From Christensenellaceae bacterium (lineage in GTDB: Bacteria; Bacillota; Clostridia; Christensenellales; DTU072), in NCBI GenBank assembly GCA_031259085.1, contig JAIRMA010000041.1:1116-65115 (forward strand): 64,000 nt of DNA. The letters run 5' to 3'. A program made the translations under genes and the position numbers. Within the stretch, counting starts at the first letter, position 1. Every line of letters starts with the position of its first letter. Positions 1 through 9,684 of the stretch are shown here, piece by piece. Under the pieces are notes generated by a model, which did no database searches, was not told where the DNA came from, and was given only the letters and a program-made list of their open reading frames with translations.

Positions 1-1
1 G

Positions 2-1432
2 TCGTCTGATTACATTGTTCTCTCAGAAGATGAATTTGGACCATACGATGAATGTGGAATAATCGGTGCAATAACTAATTCTGAAAAAGAGCTCGCAAGA
101 GATATTTACTATGGTCTGTTTGCACTTCAACATAGAGGACAAGAAAGCGCTGGTATCGCGGTTCAGTATAATGAATCATCTATTGCATATTATAAAAACA
201 TGGGCCTGGTGAGTGAAGTATTCAGTGGTGAAGAATTGGAGCTCTTGCCTAAAACATTAGCAGGGATTGGTCACGTTAGATATAGTACAACAGGCTCTAG
301 CAACGTAATCAATGCACAACCAGTTGTATTTTATGGGCGTCACGGAAGAATGGCAGTAGCTCATAATGGAAATATTGCTAATGCTGGTGTTATAAAAGAT
401 AAGATGTTAAAAGCTGGACATATATTCCAAAGTTCAGTAGATAGTGAAGTCATTGCAGCACTGATAAATTATTATGGTGCTGATAATATAGTATCAGGTA
501 TAAGTAAGGCTTGTGAGGAATTGGTAGGCGCATATGCTTTAGTTTTGATATCCGAAAATAAATTATATGCCGCGCGTGATCCTCAAGGTCTAAAACCCTT
601 AGTCCTAGGGAAACGTGGTGATGATTATTTCTTTGCAAGTGAGTCATGTGGCTTAGATGCTATGGATGCTACTATGATAAGAGACGTATTACCAGGCGAG
701 ATTGTGATGATCGATATAAATGGCAATGTTGCGTCATCCTTCATGCCTAAGATTCGAAGGCGCTCTTGTATATTTGAGTACGTTTATCTTGCAAGAAGCG
801 ACTCTGTAATTGATGGAGTCGGTGTATATGAGGCCCGCTACGAATGTGGTAAACAACTGGCTAAACTTCATAAAATCGATGCAGATATTGTGGCGGGAGT
901 CCCTGATTCTGCCTTAGTCTCAGCCAGGGGTTATAGCGATGTGAGCGGGATTCCGTATGTGGATGCACTAGGTAAAAACCGATATGTCGGCAGGACATTT
1001 ATACAGCCGACACAAACAATGCGGGAGTCTGCAGTAAAGATCAAACTATCAGCCTTTAGAAATAATATAGTTGATAAAAGATTGATCCTTATAGAGGATT
1101 CTATAGTTAGAGGCACTACATGTAAGAAAATCATACGCCTTTTAAGACAGAGCGGTGCTCGTGAGATTCATATGTTAGTTGCATCTCCTATTGTAAAGTT
1201 CCCTTGTTATTTTGGCGTTGATATGGACACGCGAGAACAATTAATCGGCGCTTTTAAATCTGAGGAAGAAATCTGCAAAGAAATTGGTGCTGATAGTTTG
1301 CATTATATTCCATTGTCAAATTTGACATCTGCTTGCAAAGGCACGGGTGAAACTTATTGTAAAGGCTGTTTTGACGGGAAGTACCCACTTGATGTTGAAC
1401 AATATTATTGCAGGAAGGAGAGTCTTGAATGA
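2..1432 (+). CDS. purF: amidophosphoribosyltransferase (glutamine-PRPP amidotransferase); 5' end runs off the window
   Basis: The frame is open from base 2, upstream of the tracked ATG at 200. The translation reads ...DECGIIGAI, which holds the Ntn nucleophile Cys. Also present are QHRGQESAGI, the PRTase loop LIEDSIVRGTT and the C-terminal Cys cluster (CYFGVD, CKGCFDG). Confidence 0.93.
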   Translation, partial: SSDYIVLSEDEFGPYDECGIIGAITNSEKELARDIYYGLFALQHRGQESAGIAVQYNESSIAYYKNMGLVSEVFSGEELELLPKTLAGIGHVRYSTTGSSNVINAQPVVFYGRHGRMAVAHNGNIANAGVIKDKMLKAGHIFQSSVDSEVIAALINYYGADNIVSGISKACEELVGAYALVLISENKLYAARDPQGLKPLVLGKRGDDYFFASESCGLDAMDATMIRDVLPGEIVMIDINGNVASSFMPKIRRRSCIFEYVYLARSDSVIDGVGVYEARYECGKQLAKLHKIDADIVAGVPDSALVSARGYSDVSGIPYVDALGKNRYVGRTFIQPTQTMRESAVKIKLSAFRNNIVDKRLILIEDSIVRGTTCKKIIRLLRQSGAREIHMLVASPIVKFPCYFGVDMDTREQLIGAFKSEEEICKEIGADSLHYIPLSNLTSACKGTGETYCKGCFDGKYPLDVEQYYCRKESLE

Positions 1433-1493
1433 ACTATTTAAAAGCAATTTTACTTAATACAACGATATATTATTAAACTTTTATAAAACAGTT

Positions 1494-2441
1494 ATGTCTA
1501 TAAAAATTACCGCTAAGGAGCTATCACAAAAAATATTTCTATGGAAGAACAAAAACCGATCTGAAATCGGTTATGACATATTCCATGATAGAAACATAAT
1601 TGGAATTTGTGATATACATTTTGATAAGTCACTTCCTCGATATAATACTTTAGATATATATATTTCAAAACAACCTTCACAAAAACCCACGCTTTTTTAT
1701 GTCACCACTGACGAATCATCTAATAAAAATTATAAAAGACGTGGCTTATCTAGACGTGTTGCAAGTTTAAATTATAATGTTGTATCTGTGACATGCGGGC
1801 ACACGTTTCCACAAAACTTGCATGCATGCATGTCTGCACTTCAATGGGTATATGACAATAAGGATCGCTTTTCATTAGATCTTTATAGCTTAGTCCTAGC
1901 AGGGGACTCAAGCGGTGCATTTGTCTCTTTTTGCATTGCTACAGCAATAACACAACTTGATTATGCTCATGAATTAAAAGTAACTGTGCCAGATGTTAAA
2001 TTACTTGCAGAAGCATATTTTTGTGGCTTTTATGATATACCTGCCTTGTTATCATCAGATGATTTTAGATATGAGGCACATTCTATTGTTAAAAAGTTGC
2101 TCGGTAAAAAGATAAAACACATTAGTCACTTCGAAAAATTTAGTCACTTAGATGTTTTATCACCATTCAAATATTTTATCGAATCAAGAGGTCCTATATT
2201 TTTCTCACACACCGATTTTGATAACTTATTTTCAAGACAAGGTGAAGCTTTAATGCGAATGATTGTAAAGTTAGATATCCCTTATGTGGAGGTTAGGGCT
2301 ATTAAAGCTCAAATGAATCGCAACTGGCAATTGGATGTTAACAATAGTTTTGGAATGACTACAATCGATGCCTTCACAGATTTTTTAAGTGCGGTTCGTA
2401 TTGATAAGGACAACTTCATCTCTAAATATATAGACATATAA
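1494..2441 (+). CDS. alpha/beta-hydrolase fold protein (esterase/lipase-like)
   Basis: 315-aa ORF with the nucleophile elbow LAGDSSGA (a G-D-S-x-G type motif) in an HSL-like layout. Substrate is unknown. Confidence 0.6.
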   Translation: MSIKITAKELSQKIFLWKNKNRSEIGYDIFHDRNIIGICDIHFDKSLPRYNTLDIYISKQPSQKPTLFYVTTDESSNKNYKRRGLSRRVASLNYNVVSVTCGHTFPQNLHACMSALQWVYDNKDRFSLDLYSLVLAGDSSGAFVSFCIATAITQLDYAHELKVTVPDVKLLAEAYFCGFYDIPALLSSDDFRYEAHSIVKKLLGKKIKHISHFEKFSHLDVLSPFKYFIESRGPIFFSHTDFDNLFSRQGEALMRMIVKLDIPYVEVRAIKAQMNRNWQLDVNNSFGMTTIDAFTDFLSAVRIDKDNFISKYIDI

Positions 2442-2479
2442 AAATTATATAAGTACGCAAATTTTAGGAGTACAGATAA

Positions 2480-3859
2480 ATGAGTATTGATTTGAAAGAA
2501 ATCATGGAAAACACTGAATTGTTTTTCTTAAAAAAAGTTAAGCTTGAAGGTTGGATTCGATCCCATCGCAAACAAAAAACCTTTGGCTTTATTAACTTTT
2601 ACGATGGCACAACTTTAAATGAGATTCAAATAGTATATACAGATAAACTAGTGAATTTTACTAACATTCAAGAGTTATACGTAGGAACTGCTATCTCTGT
2701 AGAAGGGATTTTAGTGAAATCAGAGGGTGGGAGTCAGACATTCGAAATTTCTGCAGAAAATATAGTTTGCGAATGCGAGAGTTGTGCGGAATACCCAATA
2801 CAACCAAAGCGACACACTCTAGAATTTTTAAGAGAAGTAGGGCATTTGCGACCACGTACTAAATTGTTCCAAGCCATATTTAGAGTGAGATCAATTGCAT
2901 CATATGCCATTCATAAGTATTTTAAGGACAAAGGTTATGTATATGTTCATACCCCTATAATAACTGCTAATGACGGAGAAGGCGCAGGCGAGACGTTTTC
3001 TGTTAGTACAATTAATTATGCTCAGACAAAACCACCTATTGATTATGCTAGCGACTTCTTTGGTAAGAAAACATGCCTTGCTGTGACAGGGCAGCTAGAA
3101 GGCGAATGTTATGCCTTAGCATACAAAAAAATATATACATTCGGTCCGACATTCAGAGCAGAGAATTCGAATACAAAAACACATGCGGCTGAATTTTGGA
3201 TGATTGAGCCAGAAATTGCATTCTGTGATTTAAAAGGACTAATGTCAATTGAAGAAGATTTCTTGAAACATATTGTAAAATATATTTTAGTCCATGCCAG
3301 ACCCGAAATGGAGCATCTTAATAAGATAGCTCCAAACCTTAATCTTTTAACTCGCTTAGAGGCTTTAGTAGCATCCTCCGCTGTAAAAATCACGCACGAA
3401 GAAGCTATTAACTTGCTCTTAAAGGCTGATAAGAAATGGGAGATCCTACCAAAACATGGGAAAGATTTAGCGCGTGAGCACGAGAAGTATTTGACTGATG
3501 AATATTATAAAGCGCCTGTCTTTGTTTATAATTGGCCTAAAGATATAAAAGCATTTTATATGCGAATGAATGATGATGAAAAAACAGTGGCAGGTGTTGA
3601 TTTATTGGTGCCTGGTGCTGGCGAATTAATGGGTGGGAGCCAAAGAGAGGAGCGCATTGATAGACTTATATCACGTATGGATGAAATGCATATTCCAAAA
3701 GATGATCTTGATTGGTACGTTGATTTGAGGAGATATGGAGGATGCAGGCACGCTGGCTTTGGTATGGGATTTGAAAGACTATTAATATATATAACGGGTG
3801 TGGAGAACATTCGCGATGTAATCCCTTTCCCAAGAACACCAGGCAATTGTGAATTTTAA
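2480..3859 (+). CDS. asnS: asparagine--tRNA ligase
   Basis: 459 aa with an N-terminal OB anticodon-binding region and class IIb core motifs (FRAENSNTKTHAAEFWMIEPE, GGSQREER). The C-terminus FPRTPGNCEF is characteristic of AsnRS. Confidence 0.93.
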   Translation: MSIDLKEIMENTELFFLKKVKLEGWIRSHRKQKTFGFINFYDGTTLNEIQIVYTDKLVNFTNIQELYVGTAISVEGILVKSEGGSQTFEISAENIVCECESCAEYPIQPKRHTLEFLREVGHLRPRTKLFQAIFRVRSIASYAIHKYFKDKGYVYVHTPIITANDGEGAGETFSVSTINYAQTKPPIDYASDFFGKKTCLAVTGQLEGECYALAYKKIYTFGPTFRAENSNTKTHAAEFWMIEPEIAFCDLKGLMSIEEDFLKHIVKYILVHARPEMEHLNKIAPNLNLLTRLEALVASSAVKITHEEAINLLLKADKKWEILPKHGKDLAREHEKYLTDEYYKAPVFVYNWPKDIKAFYMRMNDDEKTVAGVDLLVPGAGELMGGSQREERIDRLISRMDEMHIPKDDLDWYVDLRRYGGCRHAGFGMGFERLLIYITGVENIRDVIPFPRTPGNCEF

Positions 3860-4118
3860 AATTTGAATAAATTTTATATGTCATTTGATTTCACTATTGA
3901 AAGATAATAGTTTTTATGTTAATATAATATATTATATCAATCTGTGAACAATTCTTTTTTGCATTCATTTGTAAAAAAGATCTAAATCCTAATACTAAAA
4001 TGCTGTGACCACATGCATATTAGTATTAAGACTTCATAATTTAATTATAATGTACCTGTATAAATCACAAATCATGAATTTACAGGATCGCACAATAAAA
4101 AATAGGTAGGATTTCTAT

Positions 4119-4694
4119 ATGTCTTATGAAATAATGGAAGTTGAAATAATATTCGACGAATTTAAAGCTAAGGCTGAAAAGAGCATAAAAGCATTTAAAG
4201 CTGAGTTGCTTGTTATGAAAGCTGGTCGTGCTAACGCACATATATTAGACAAAGTACAGGCTAACTATTATGGTACTCCAACACCAATTAATCAAATGGC
4301 TAACATAACTGTGCCTGAAGCTCGTGTTCTGCAAATATCTGTGTGGGATGTCACTGCCATGAAAGCTGTTGAAAAAGCGTTAATAGACGCAAATCTAGGG
4401 ATTACACCAACTAACGATGGAAAAGTAATTCGTTTAATCTTCCCGGAACTAACTGAGGAGCGCAGAAAATCCTTGGTTAAAGATATAAAAACATTATCTG
4501 AAACCACGAAAGTGGCTGTCAGAAACATACGCAGGGAGGCAATTGAACAGCTAAGAGTGTTAAAAAAAGACAGTACGATCACTGAGGATGAATTGCATAA
4601 TTATGAAAAGGATGCTGATAAGTTAACAAGTGAGCAAATAGCTGATATTGATAAGATTGCAACAGATAAAGAGAAGGAGATCATGTGCGTTTGA
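4119..4694 (+). CDS. frr: ribosome recycling factor
   Basis: 191 aa of typical Frr length, with sequence such as RANAHILDKVQANYYG, VIRLIFPELTEERRK and VAVRNIRREA. Confidence 0.93.
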   Translation: MSYEIMEVEIIFDEFKAKAEKSIKAFKAELLVMKAGRANAHILDKVQANYYGTPTPINQMANITVPEARVLQISVWDVTAMKAVEKALIDANLGITPTNDGKVIRLIFPELTEERRKSLVKDIKTLSETTKVAVRNIRREAIEQLRVLKKDSTITEDELHNYEKDADKLTSEQIADIDKIATDKEKEIMCV

Positions 4695-5389
4695 TCAAAC
4701 ATTTGGCTGTGATTATGGATGGCAATGGACGTTGGGCCGAAGAGCGAGGACTAGATCGCAAATATGGTCATATTAGAGGCGCACTCGCTACTCTCAAAAT
4801 AATTACGGCAGCAGATTCACTTGATATTAATTATCTCACATTATATGCATTTAGTACAGAAAATTTCAGCCGCCCACCCTCTGAGGTTTCATTTATTCTG
4901 GAAATAATATGTGATCATATTACTGAAAAAATATTACCTCTTGCGCTTGAGAATGATTATAGATTAAACTTTTTAGGAGATTTTAGCCTATTACCATCTA
5001 ATGTTGCATCAGTGTGCAAATCGATCCTGACTCAAACCTCTAAAAACGCGGGGATGGTAATTTCAATTGCAATTGGTTATGGTGGACGTTCTGAGATTGT
5101 GAATGCTGTGAACAAATATATTGCAAAGCTAAAATCTGAAAATAGCTATCTACCAATTACTTACGATGAATTATCATCTTTTCTATACACCTTTGATTTG
5201 CCAGATCCGGAATTAGTTATAAGATATGGTGGACATAGTCGTCTATCTAATTTTATGCCTTTGCAAACTGCATACTCTGATTTCATTTTTACCGACAAGT
5301 TATGGCCAGATTTTGTGTCTGGTGACCTGTCTAATTTTCTTCACGAATATTCTCTTATTACAAAAAAATATGGGAATATTTCTAAGTAG
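4685..5389 (+). CDS. uppS: isoprenyl transferase (undecaprenyl-diphosphate synthase)
   Basis: Contains the MDGNGRWA motif, YAFSTENFSRP and RYGGHSRLSNF. A GTG start overlaps the frr stop and is preceded by AAGGAGA. Confidence 0.9.
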   Translation: MRLIKHLAVIMDGNGRWAEERGLDRKYGHIRGALATLKIITAADSLDINYLTLYAFSTENFSRPPSEVSFILEIICDHITEKILPLALENDYRLNFLGDFSLLPSNVASVCKSILTQTSKNAGMVISIAIGYGGRSEIVNAVNKYIAKLKSENSYLPITYDELSSFLYTFDLPDPELVIRYGGHSRLSNFMPLQTAYSDFIFTDKLWPDFVSGDLSNFLHEYSLITKKYGNISK

Positions 5390-5548
5390 GAATAATATTA
5401 TCTATAGTTGCACTTATTCGAGTTTTCTTTAATGACGCATAAGGCATCCATCTCTCAATATATAATAGCTTTTGATATTAAATTATTTATCTAGATTCGA
5501 AAGTTGAATTAACTGTATATTTATTAATTTATAAGGCAGGAAGTTTTC

Positions 5549-6406
5549 ATGAAAAGGACATTAACTGGATTATCGTTACTAGTTGTTTTTTTAGGGATTT
5601 TATTTTTAACTAAGATTCATCAAGCCTTCTTTGATATCGCTGTATTTGCAGTCATTATGATTGCTCTATTTGAGATGATTAAATGTGGCAAAGCGTCTTC
5701 ATATAATCCTATTATAATACCACTAATTTTAACAACTATAGCAATGCTACCACTATCTATCATTTATGGATTGTTTGGATTTCTTATTGTGCTAGGCCTT
5801 GGAGTCCTTTTAATATTTAGTTTCTTCATCTTTGATCCGCGCATTGCATTTAAGGATTTTATTTACACTGTATTCATATTGATTTATCCAGTATCAATGC
5901 TATATTTAGCAATTGTAATCCCTCATTTCTATGTCTTATTTGAACCAGGAATGATACCAGTTTTAATAGCAATTGCTGCTGCATTATGTTCTGACACGTT
6001 TGCATATTATTTTGGCAGTTTTTTTAAAGGTCCACATATATTCCCAGCAATAAGTCCTAATAAAACTTATTCAGGTTGCATAATGGGCCTCATTGGGGGG
6101 ATGATTGGATCTATCCTCGTGTATGTATTGTTTGAACTTGTAAAGCTACCATTAAATGTAACATACGCTCTCGGGAACAAATTTAGCTACCCTCTGGTCA
6201 CATATGCGGCAATTGGTTTGCTAATGTCTTTTGTGTCTCAAATAGGTGACCTTGCTGCAAGTCGAATAAAACGAGAGCTGGAAATTAAAGATTTCAGTGG
6301 CATTTTAGGCTCTCACGGCGGTATGATGGATAGAATCGATAGTGTCATGTTCGCATTAGTTGCAATGACTGTAATTGTATTGTGTGGGAATGTGTTTGTT
6401 TTATGA
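5549..6406 (+). CDS. cdsA: phosphatidate cytidylyltransferase
   Basis: A polytopic membrane protein carrying the CTP-transferase 1 signature region: SQIGDLAASRIKRELEIKDFSGILGSHGGMMDRIDS. Confidence 0.9.
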   Translation: MKRTLTGLSLLVVFLGILFLTKIHQAFFDIAVFAVIMIALFEMIKCGKASSYNPIIIPLILTTIAMLPLSIIYGLFGFLIVLGLGVLLIFSFFIFDPRIAFKDFIYTVFILIYPVSMLYLAIVIPHFYVLFEPGMIPVLIAIAAALCSDTFAYYFGSFFKGPHIFPAISPNKTYSGCIMGLIGGMIGSILVYVLFELVKLPLNVTYALGNKFSYPLVTYAAIGLLMSFVSQIGDLAASRIKRELEIKDFSGILGSHGGMMDRIDSVMFALVAMTVIVLCGNVFVL

Positions 6407-7512
6407 AACGTCGTGTCGGGATTCTAGGATCTACTGGATCAATAGGAGTCCAAGCGCTCAATGTCATAGATAACTTAAAAAATGAATTTGATATTGTCTT
6501 TTTGACAGCAAATGCGAATAGTGATTTATTAAAGTCACAAATACAGAAATTCAAGCCTCAACGCGCGGCATTAAAGAATGGTAGCGGTAAATGTAATGAA
6601 ACTATATTATATCCTCTGTCAACATTAAATGATACATCGTTTTATAACAATACTGATATCGTTATCAATGGAATATCTGGCATTGCGGGGTTGCTCCCGA
6701 CTATCACTGTGCTCAAAACAGGTACAACTCTTGCCACTGCAAACAAGGAAAGTCTTGTAGCAGCTGGTAAATATATAATGGACATGAGTCAACTTTATGG
6801 ATCTAAAATAATACCTGTTGACAGCGAGCATTCTGCTTTGATGCAATGCATAGGAAATGACACTCCAAAAAAATTAATTTTAACAGCCTCTGGTGGTGCG
6901 TTTCGTGATTTTTCATTAGAAATGCTCAAGTCGGTTAATTATTTAGATGCTTTGAAACATCCAACTTGGAGTATGGGCCCTAAGGTTACCTTAGATAGTG
7001 CTACATTAATGAACAAGGTATTTGAAATATTAGAAGCTAAATGGTTGTTTGAAACAGATAATATTGGTATAATTATGCATAGAGAAAGTATTGTCCACGC
7101 AATGGTGGAATACAACGATGGCACATTAAAGATGTGTCTGTCTATCCCTGACATGAAATTACCAATACAATACGCATTAACATATCCAAACAGATATGAA
7201 TGTTTAGAACATCTAAGAATAGATGCGCTTAATAAACTATCATTTTGCGCTCCAGATGAAAATAAATACCCCTGTTTGAAAATGGCTAAGTATTTACTAA
7301 AGGAGCCCTGGCTAGGAGCTACTTTAACTGTTGCTGATGAGATTGCTATTGAATTGTTCAGATTAGGTCGGATAAATTTTTTGGAGATACATTCAGTAAT
7401 AGATCAAGTGCTTGACTACGCAAGTGAAGCAAAGCATGATTCTATAGATGATGTATTGAACGTTATAAAAGACACTAAAAGATATATGAATTTAAAATTT
7501 AAATTGATGTGA
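6403..7512 (+). CDS. dxr: 1-deoxy-D-xylulose-5-phosphate reductoisomerase
   Basis: MKRRVGILGSTGSIG is the NADPH-binding N-terminus; ANKESLV and PVDSEHSAL motifs are also present. I moved the start from the tracked 6382 to the ATG at 6403, which forms an ATGA overlap with the cdsA stop. Confidence 0.9.
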   Translation: MKRRVGILGSTGSIGVQALNVIDNLKNEFDIVFLTANANSDLLKSQIQKFKPQRAALKNGSGKCNETILYPLSTLNDTSFYNNTDIVINGISGIAGLLPTITVLKTGTTLATANKESLVAAGKYIMDMSQLYGSKIIPVDSEHSALMQCIGNDTPKKLILTASGGAFRDFSLEMLKSVNYLDALKHPTWSMGPKVTLDSATLMNKVFEILEAKWLFETDNIGIIMHRESIVHAMVEYNDGTLKMCLSIPDMKLPIQYALTYPNRYECLEHLRIDALNKLSFCAPDENKYPCLKMAKYLLKEPWLGATLTVADEIAIELFRLGRINFLEIHSVIDQVLDYASEAKHDSIDDVLNVIKDTKRYMNLKFKLM

Positions 7513-7523
7513 GGAGTAACTAA

Positions 7524-8630
7524 ATGTTAATTGCAGCCACTTTTTTACAATCTGCTGGATATATCGCTATAGCTATTGGCGCATTGCTCGCAATGATTGT
7601 TATACATGAATTTGGGCATTATTTAGCTGGTCGTCTTTTAGGATTTAAAATTTTGGAATTTTCCATCGGCTTTGGCCCAGCCATATTTAAAAGGAAAGGT
7701 AAGAAAAATGGTGTGGTGTTTTCTATAAGACCATTTCCGTTAGGTGGGTCCTGTCAATTTCTATCAGAAGATGCAAGTAGTGATGACCCAAGTGCATTTA
7801 ACAATAAAGAGCCATGGAAAAGGCTTATAGTTTTATTTGCTGGTGCATTTTTTAACTTTATTGCTGCTTTGATTATAATTACACTCATATTCACATTTTA
7901 TGGACAATTACTTCCAACTATTTCAAATGTATACGACGATTCATCAAATAAAGAAATTCTATTAGAAGGCGATGCAATTTTGACTATCAATGGCAAACAA
8001 ATGAATATCGTAATGGCAGATGATTTTCAAGAGGCATTTTCTAATGTAAATAATACTGTTGAATTAGGTGTCTTAAGAAATGGTAAGATAATAAAATTAA
8101 CGTTGACAAAAAGTGAGTGTGTGCTAGGTTCCTATGATGAAAATGGTGTTTTTACACCTGAACTTGACGAATCTGGAAATGAGCAAACAGCATTCATGTT
8201 TGGCTTTACTAGTGCAATAACAGCACAGAGGCTAAACTTTTTCCATGCCCTTGGGCGGTCATTTTCTTTTTCATTCTTTCTAGTTGGAAAAATTTTAGAA
8301 GCTTTTGCTATGCTGTTTACAGGTAAAATTGGTCTTGAAAATGCTGGAGGTCCAATTACTACAATTTCGCTTATGAGCACAGCAGCCTCATCAGGATTCG
8401 CTGTTTTTTCTTATGTTATTTGTTTAATATCTGCAAATCTTGCTGTAATGAATTTAATGCCATTACCAGCACTTGATGGTTCGCGAATGGTTTTTTGTCT
8501 AATTGAATGGATATTCAAAAAACCCGTCAAAAAGAGCATTGAAGCAGCAATACATGTCACTGGATTCTTTTTGTTAATTGGATTTGCTGTCTTTGCTGAT
8601 GTGTTTAGAATATTTACAGTGGGACTTTAA
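7524..8630 (+). CDS. rseP: RIP (site-2) zinc metalloprotease, M50 family, with PDZ-like insert
   Basis: HEFGHY zinc motif in the first TM helix, a C-terminal NLMPLPALDGSRM motif, and a multi-TM architecture. Confidence 0.88.
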   Translation: MLIAATFLQSAGYIAIAIGALLAMIVIHEFGHYLAGRLLGFKILEFSIGFGPAIFKRKGKKNGVVFSIRPFPLGGSCQFLSEDASSDDPSAFNNKEPWKRLIVLFAGAFFNFIAALIIITLIFTFYGQLLPTISNVYDDSSNKEILLEGDAILTINGKQMNIVMADDFQEAFSNVNNTVELGVLRNGKIIKLTLTKSECVLGSYDENGVFTPELDESGNEQTAFMFGFTSAITAQRLNFFHALGRSFSFSFFLVGKILEAFAMLFTGKIGLENAGGPITTISLMSTAASSGFAVFSYVICLISANLAVMNLMPLPALDGSRMVFCLIEWIFKKPVKKSIEAAIHVTGFFLLIGFAVFADVFRIFTVGL

Positions 8631-8655
8631 CACTAAGCTAATTAAAGGATTTATA

Positions 8656-9684
8656 ATGCTAAAGAAGCGTATAAGTGTAAAAAATTTAATAATTGGTGGT
8701 GGGGCACCTATAAGTGTTCAGTCAATGACAAACACTTTAACAGAAGATATAAACTCTACTATTAAACAAGTTATTAGACTCGAAGAAGCCGGCGCAGATA
8801 TCATTAGGGTGTCAATTCCTAATTCTAAAGCTGCTGTAGCATTAAAACAGATTGTAAAAGAATCAACCGTACCAATTGTCGCAGATATACACTACGATTA
8901 TAAATTAGCGCTTGCATCAATCGAGGCAGGGGCGCACAAAATACGAATCAATCCTTCCAATATTACACATAAACAGGGACTTAAAACCTTAGCACGTGTC
9001 GCTGGAGAAAAAAATATCCCGATTAGAATAGGTTTCAATCAAGGTGCGTTCAAGACTCGAATTAGTATAGATGAATTAGTTTCAAGAACACTTGAAGCAA
9101 TCAAAGACATGGAAGATTATGGTTGCACCAATTTGGTGTTAGCAGTGAAATGTTCTGACGTTAACATAACCATTGCATCATATAGAAAATTGTATGGGTT
9201 AACAAATTATCCACTCCACATTGGGTTGACCGAAGCAGGTGCTGGTGAAACTGCTATTATTAAATCGTCTATCGCAATTGGCACACTTTTAAGTGATGGA
9301 ATTGGTGACACGATACGTGTATCTTTAGCAGGAGATCCAGTACGTGAAGTTTTGGTTGGAAAAAAAATTCTTCAGTGTGCTGGTATCGTTAAAGATTTTG
9401 TGGAAATTATTGCATGTCCGACGTGTGCTAGAACAGTTTTACCTGTGGAAAAAATCGCTATGGAATTGGAGAACATGACTAGAAACACAAAAAAACCACT
9501 TAAGATCGCTGTGATGGGTTGTGCTGTTAATGGAATAGGTGAAGCTGGAAATGCTGATTTTGGAGTATGTGGGGGAAAAACACAGTCACTTCTATTTAAG
9601 AATGGTGAGCGCATAAAAAATGTTATTAATAGTGAGATCACCAATGAATTGTTAAAAATTTTAGAGGAATACACGAATGAATGA
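8656..9684 (+). CDS. ispG: 4-hydroxy-3-methylbut-2-en-1-yl diphosphate synthase (flavodoxin)
   Basis: Contains GGGAPISVQSMTNT and RINPSN, and a C-terminal Fe-S Cys motif (ACPTCART ... MGCAVNGIGEA). I chose the ATG at 8656 after AAAGGA; the tracked 8578 start would add a non-conserved extension overlapping rseP. Confidence 0.9.
   Translation: MLKKRISVKNLIIGGGAPISVQSMTNTLTEDINSTIKQVIRLEEAGADIIRVSIPNSKAAVALKQIVKESTVPIVADIHYDYKLALASIEAGAHKIRINPSNITHKQGLKTLARVAGEKNIPIRIGFNQGAFKTRISIDELVSRTLEAIKDMEDYGCTNLVLAVKCSDVNITIASYRKLYGLTNYPLHIGLTEAGAGETAIIKSSIAIGTLLSDGIGDTIRVSLAGDPVREVLVGKKILQCAGIVKDFVEIIACPTCARTVLPVEKIAMELENMTRNTKKPLKIAVMGCAVNGIGEAGNADFGVCGGKTQSLLFKNGERIKNVINSEITNELLKILEEYTNE

Noticed and set aside
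6382-6402. Longer N-termini offered by the ORF track for dxr (6382), ispG (8578), ispDF (35386), rubrerythrin (37491), the helicase (16564), aroF (43077), tyrA (44093) and aroE/K (49638)
   Set aside because: The extensions are non-conserved, often hydrophobic nonsense overlapping the upstream gene. Internal ATGs preceded by GGAG-type RBSs reproduce canonical family N-termini.
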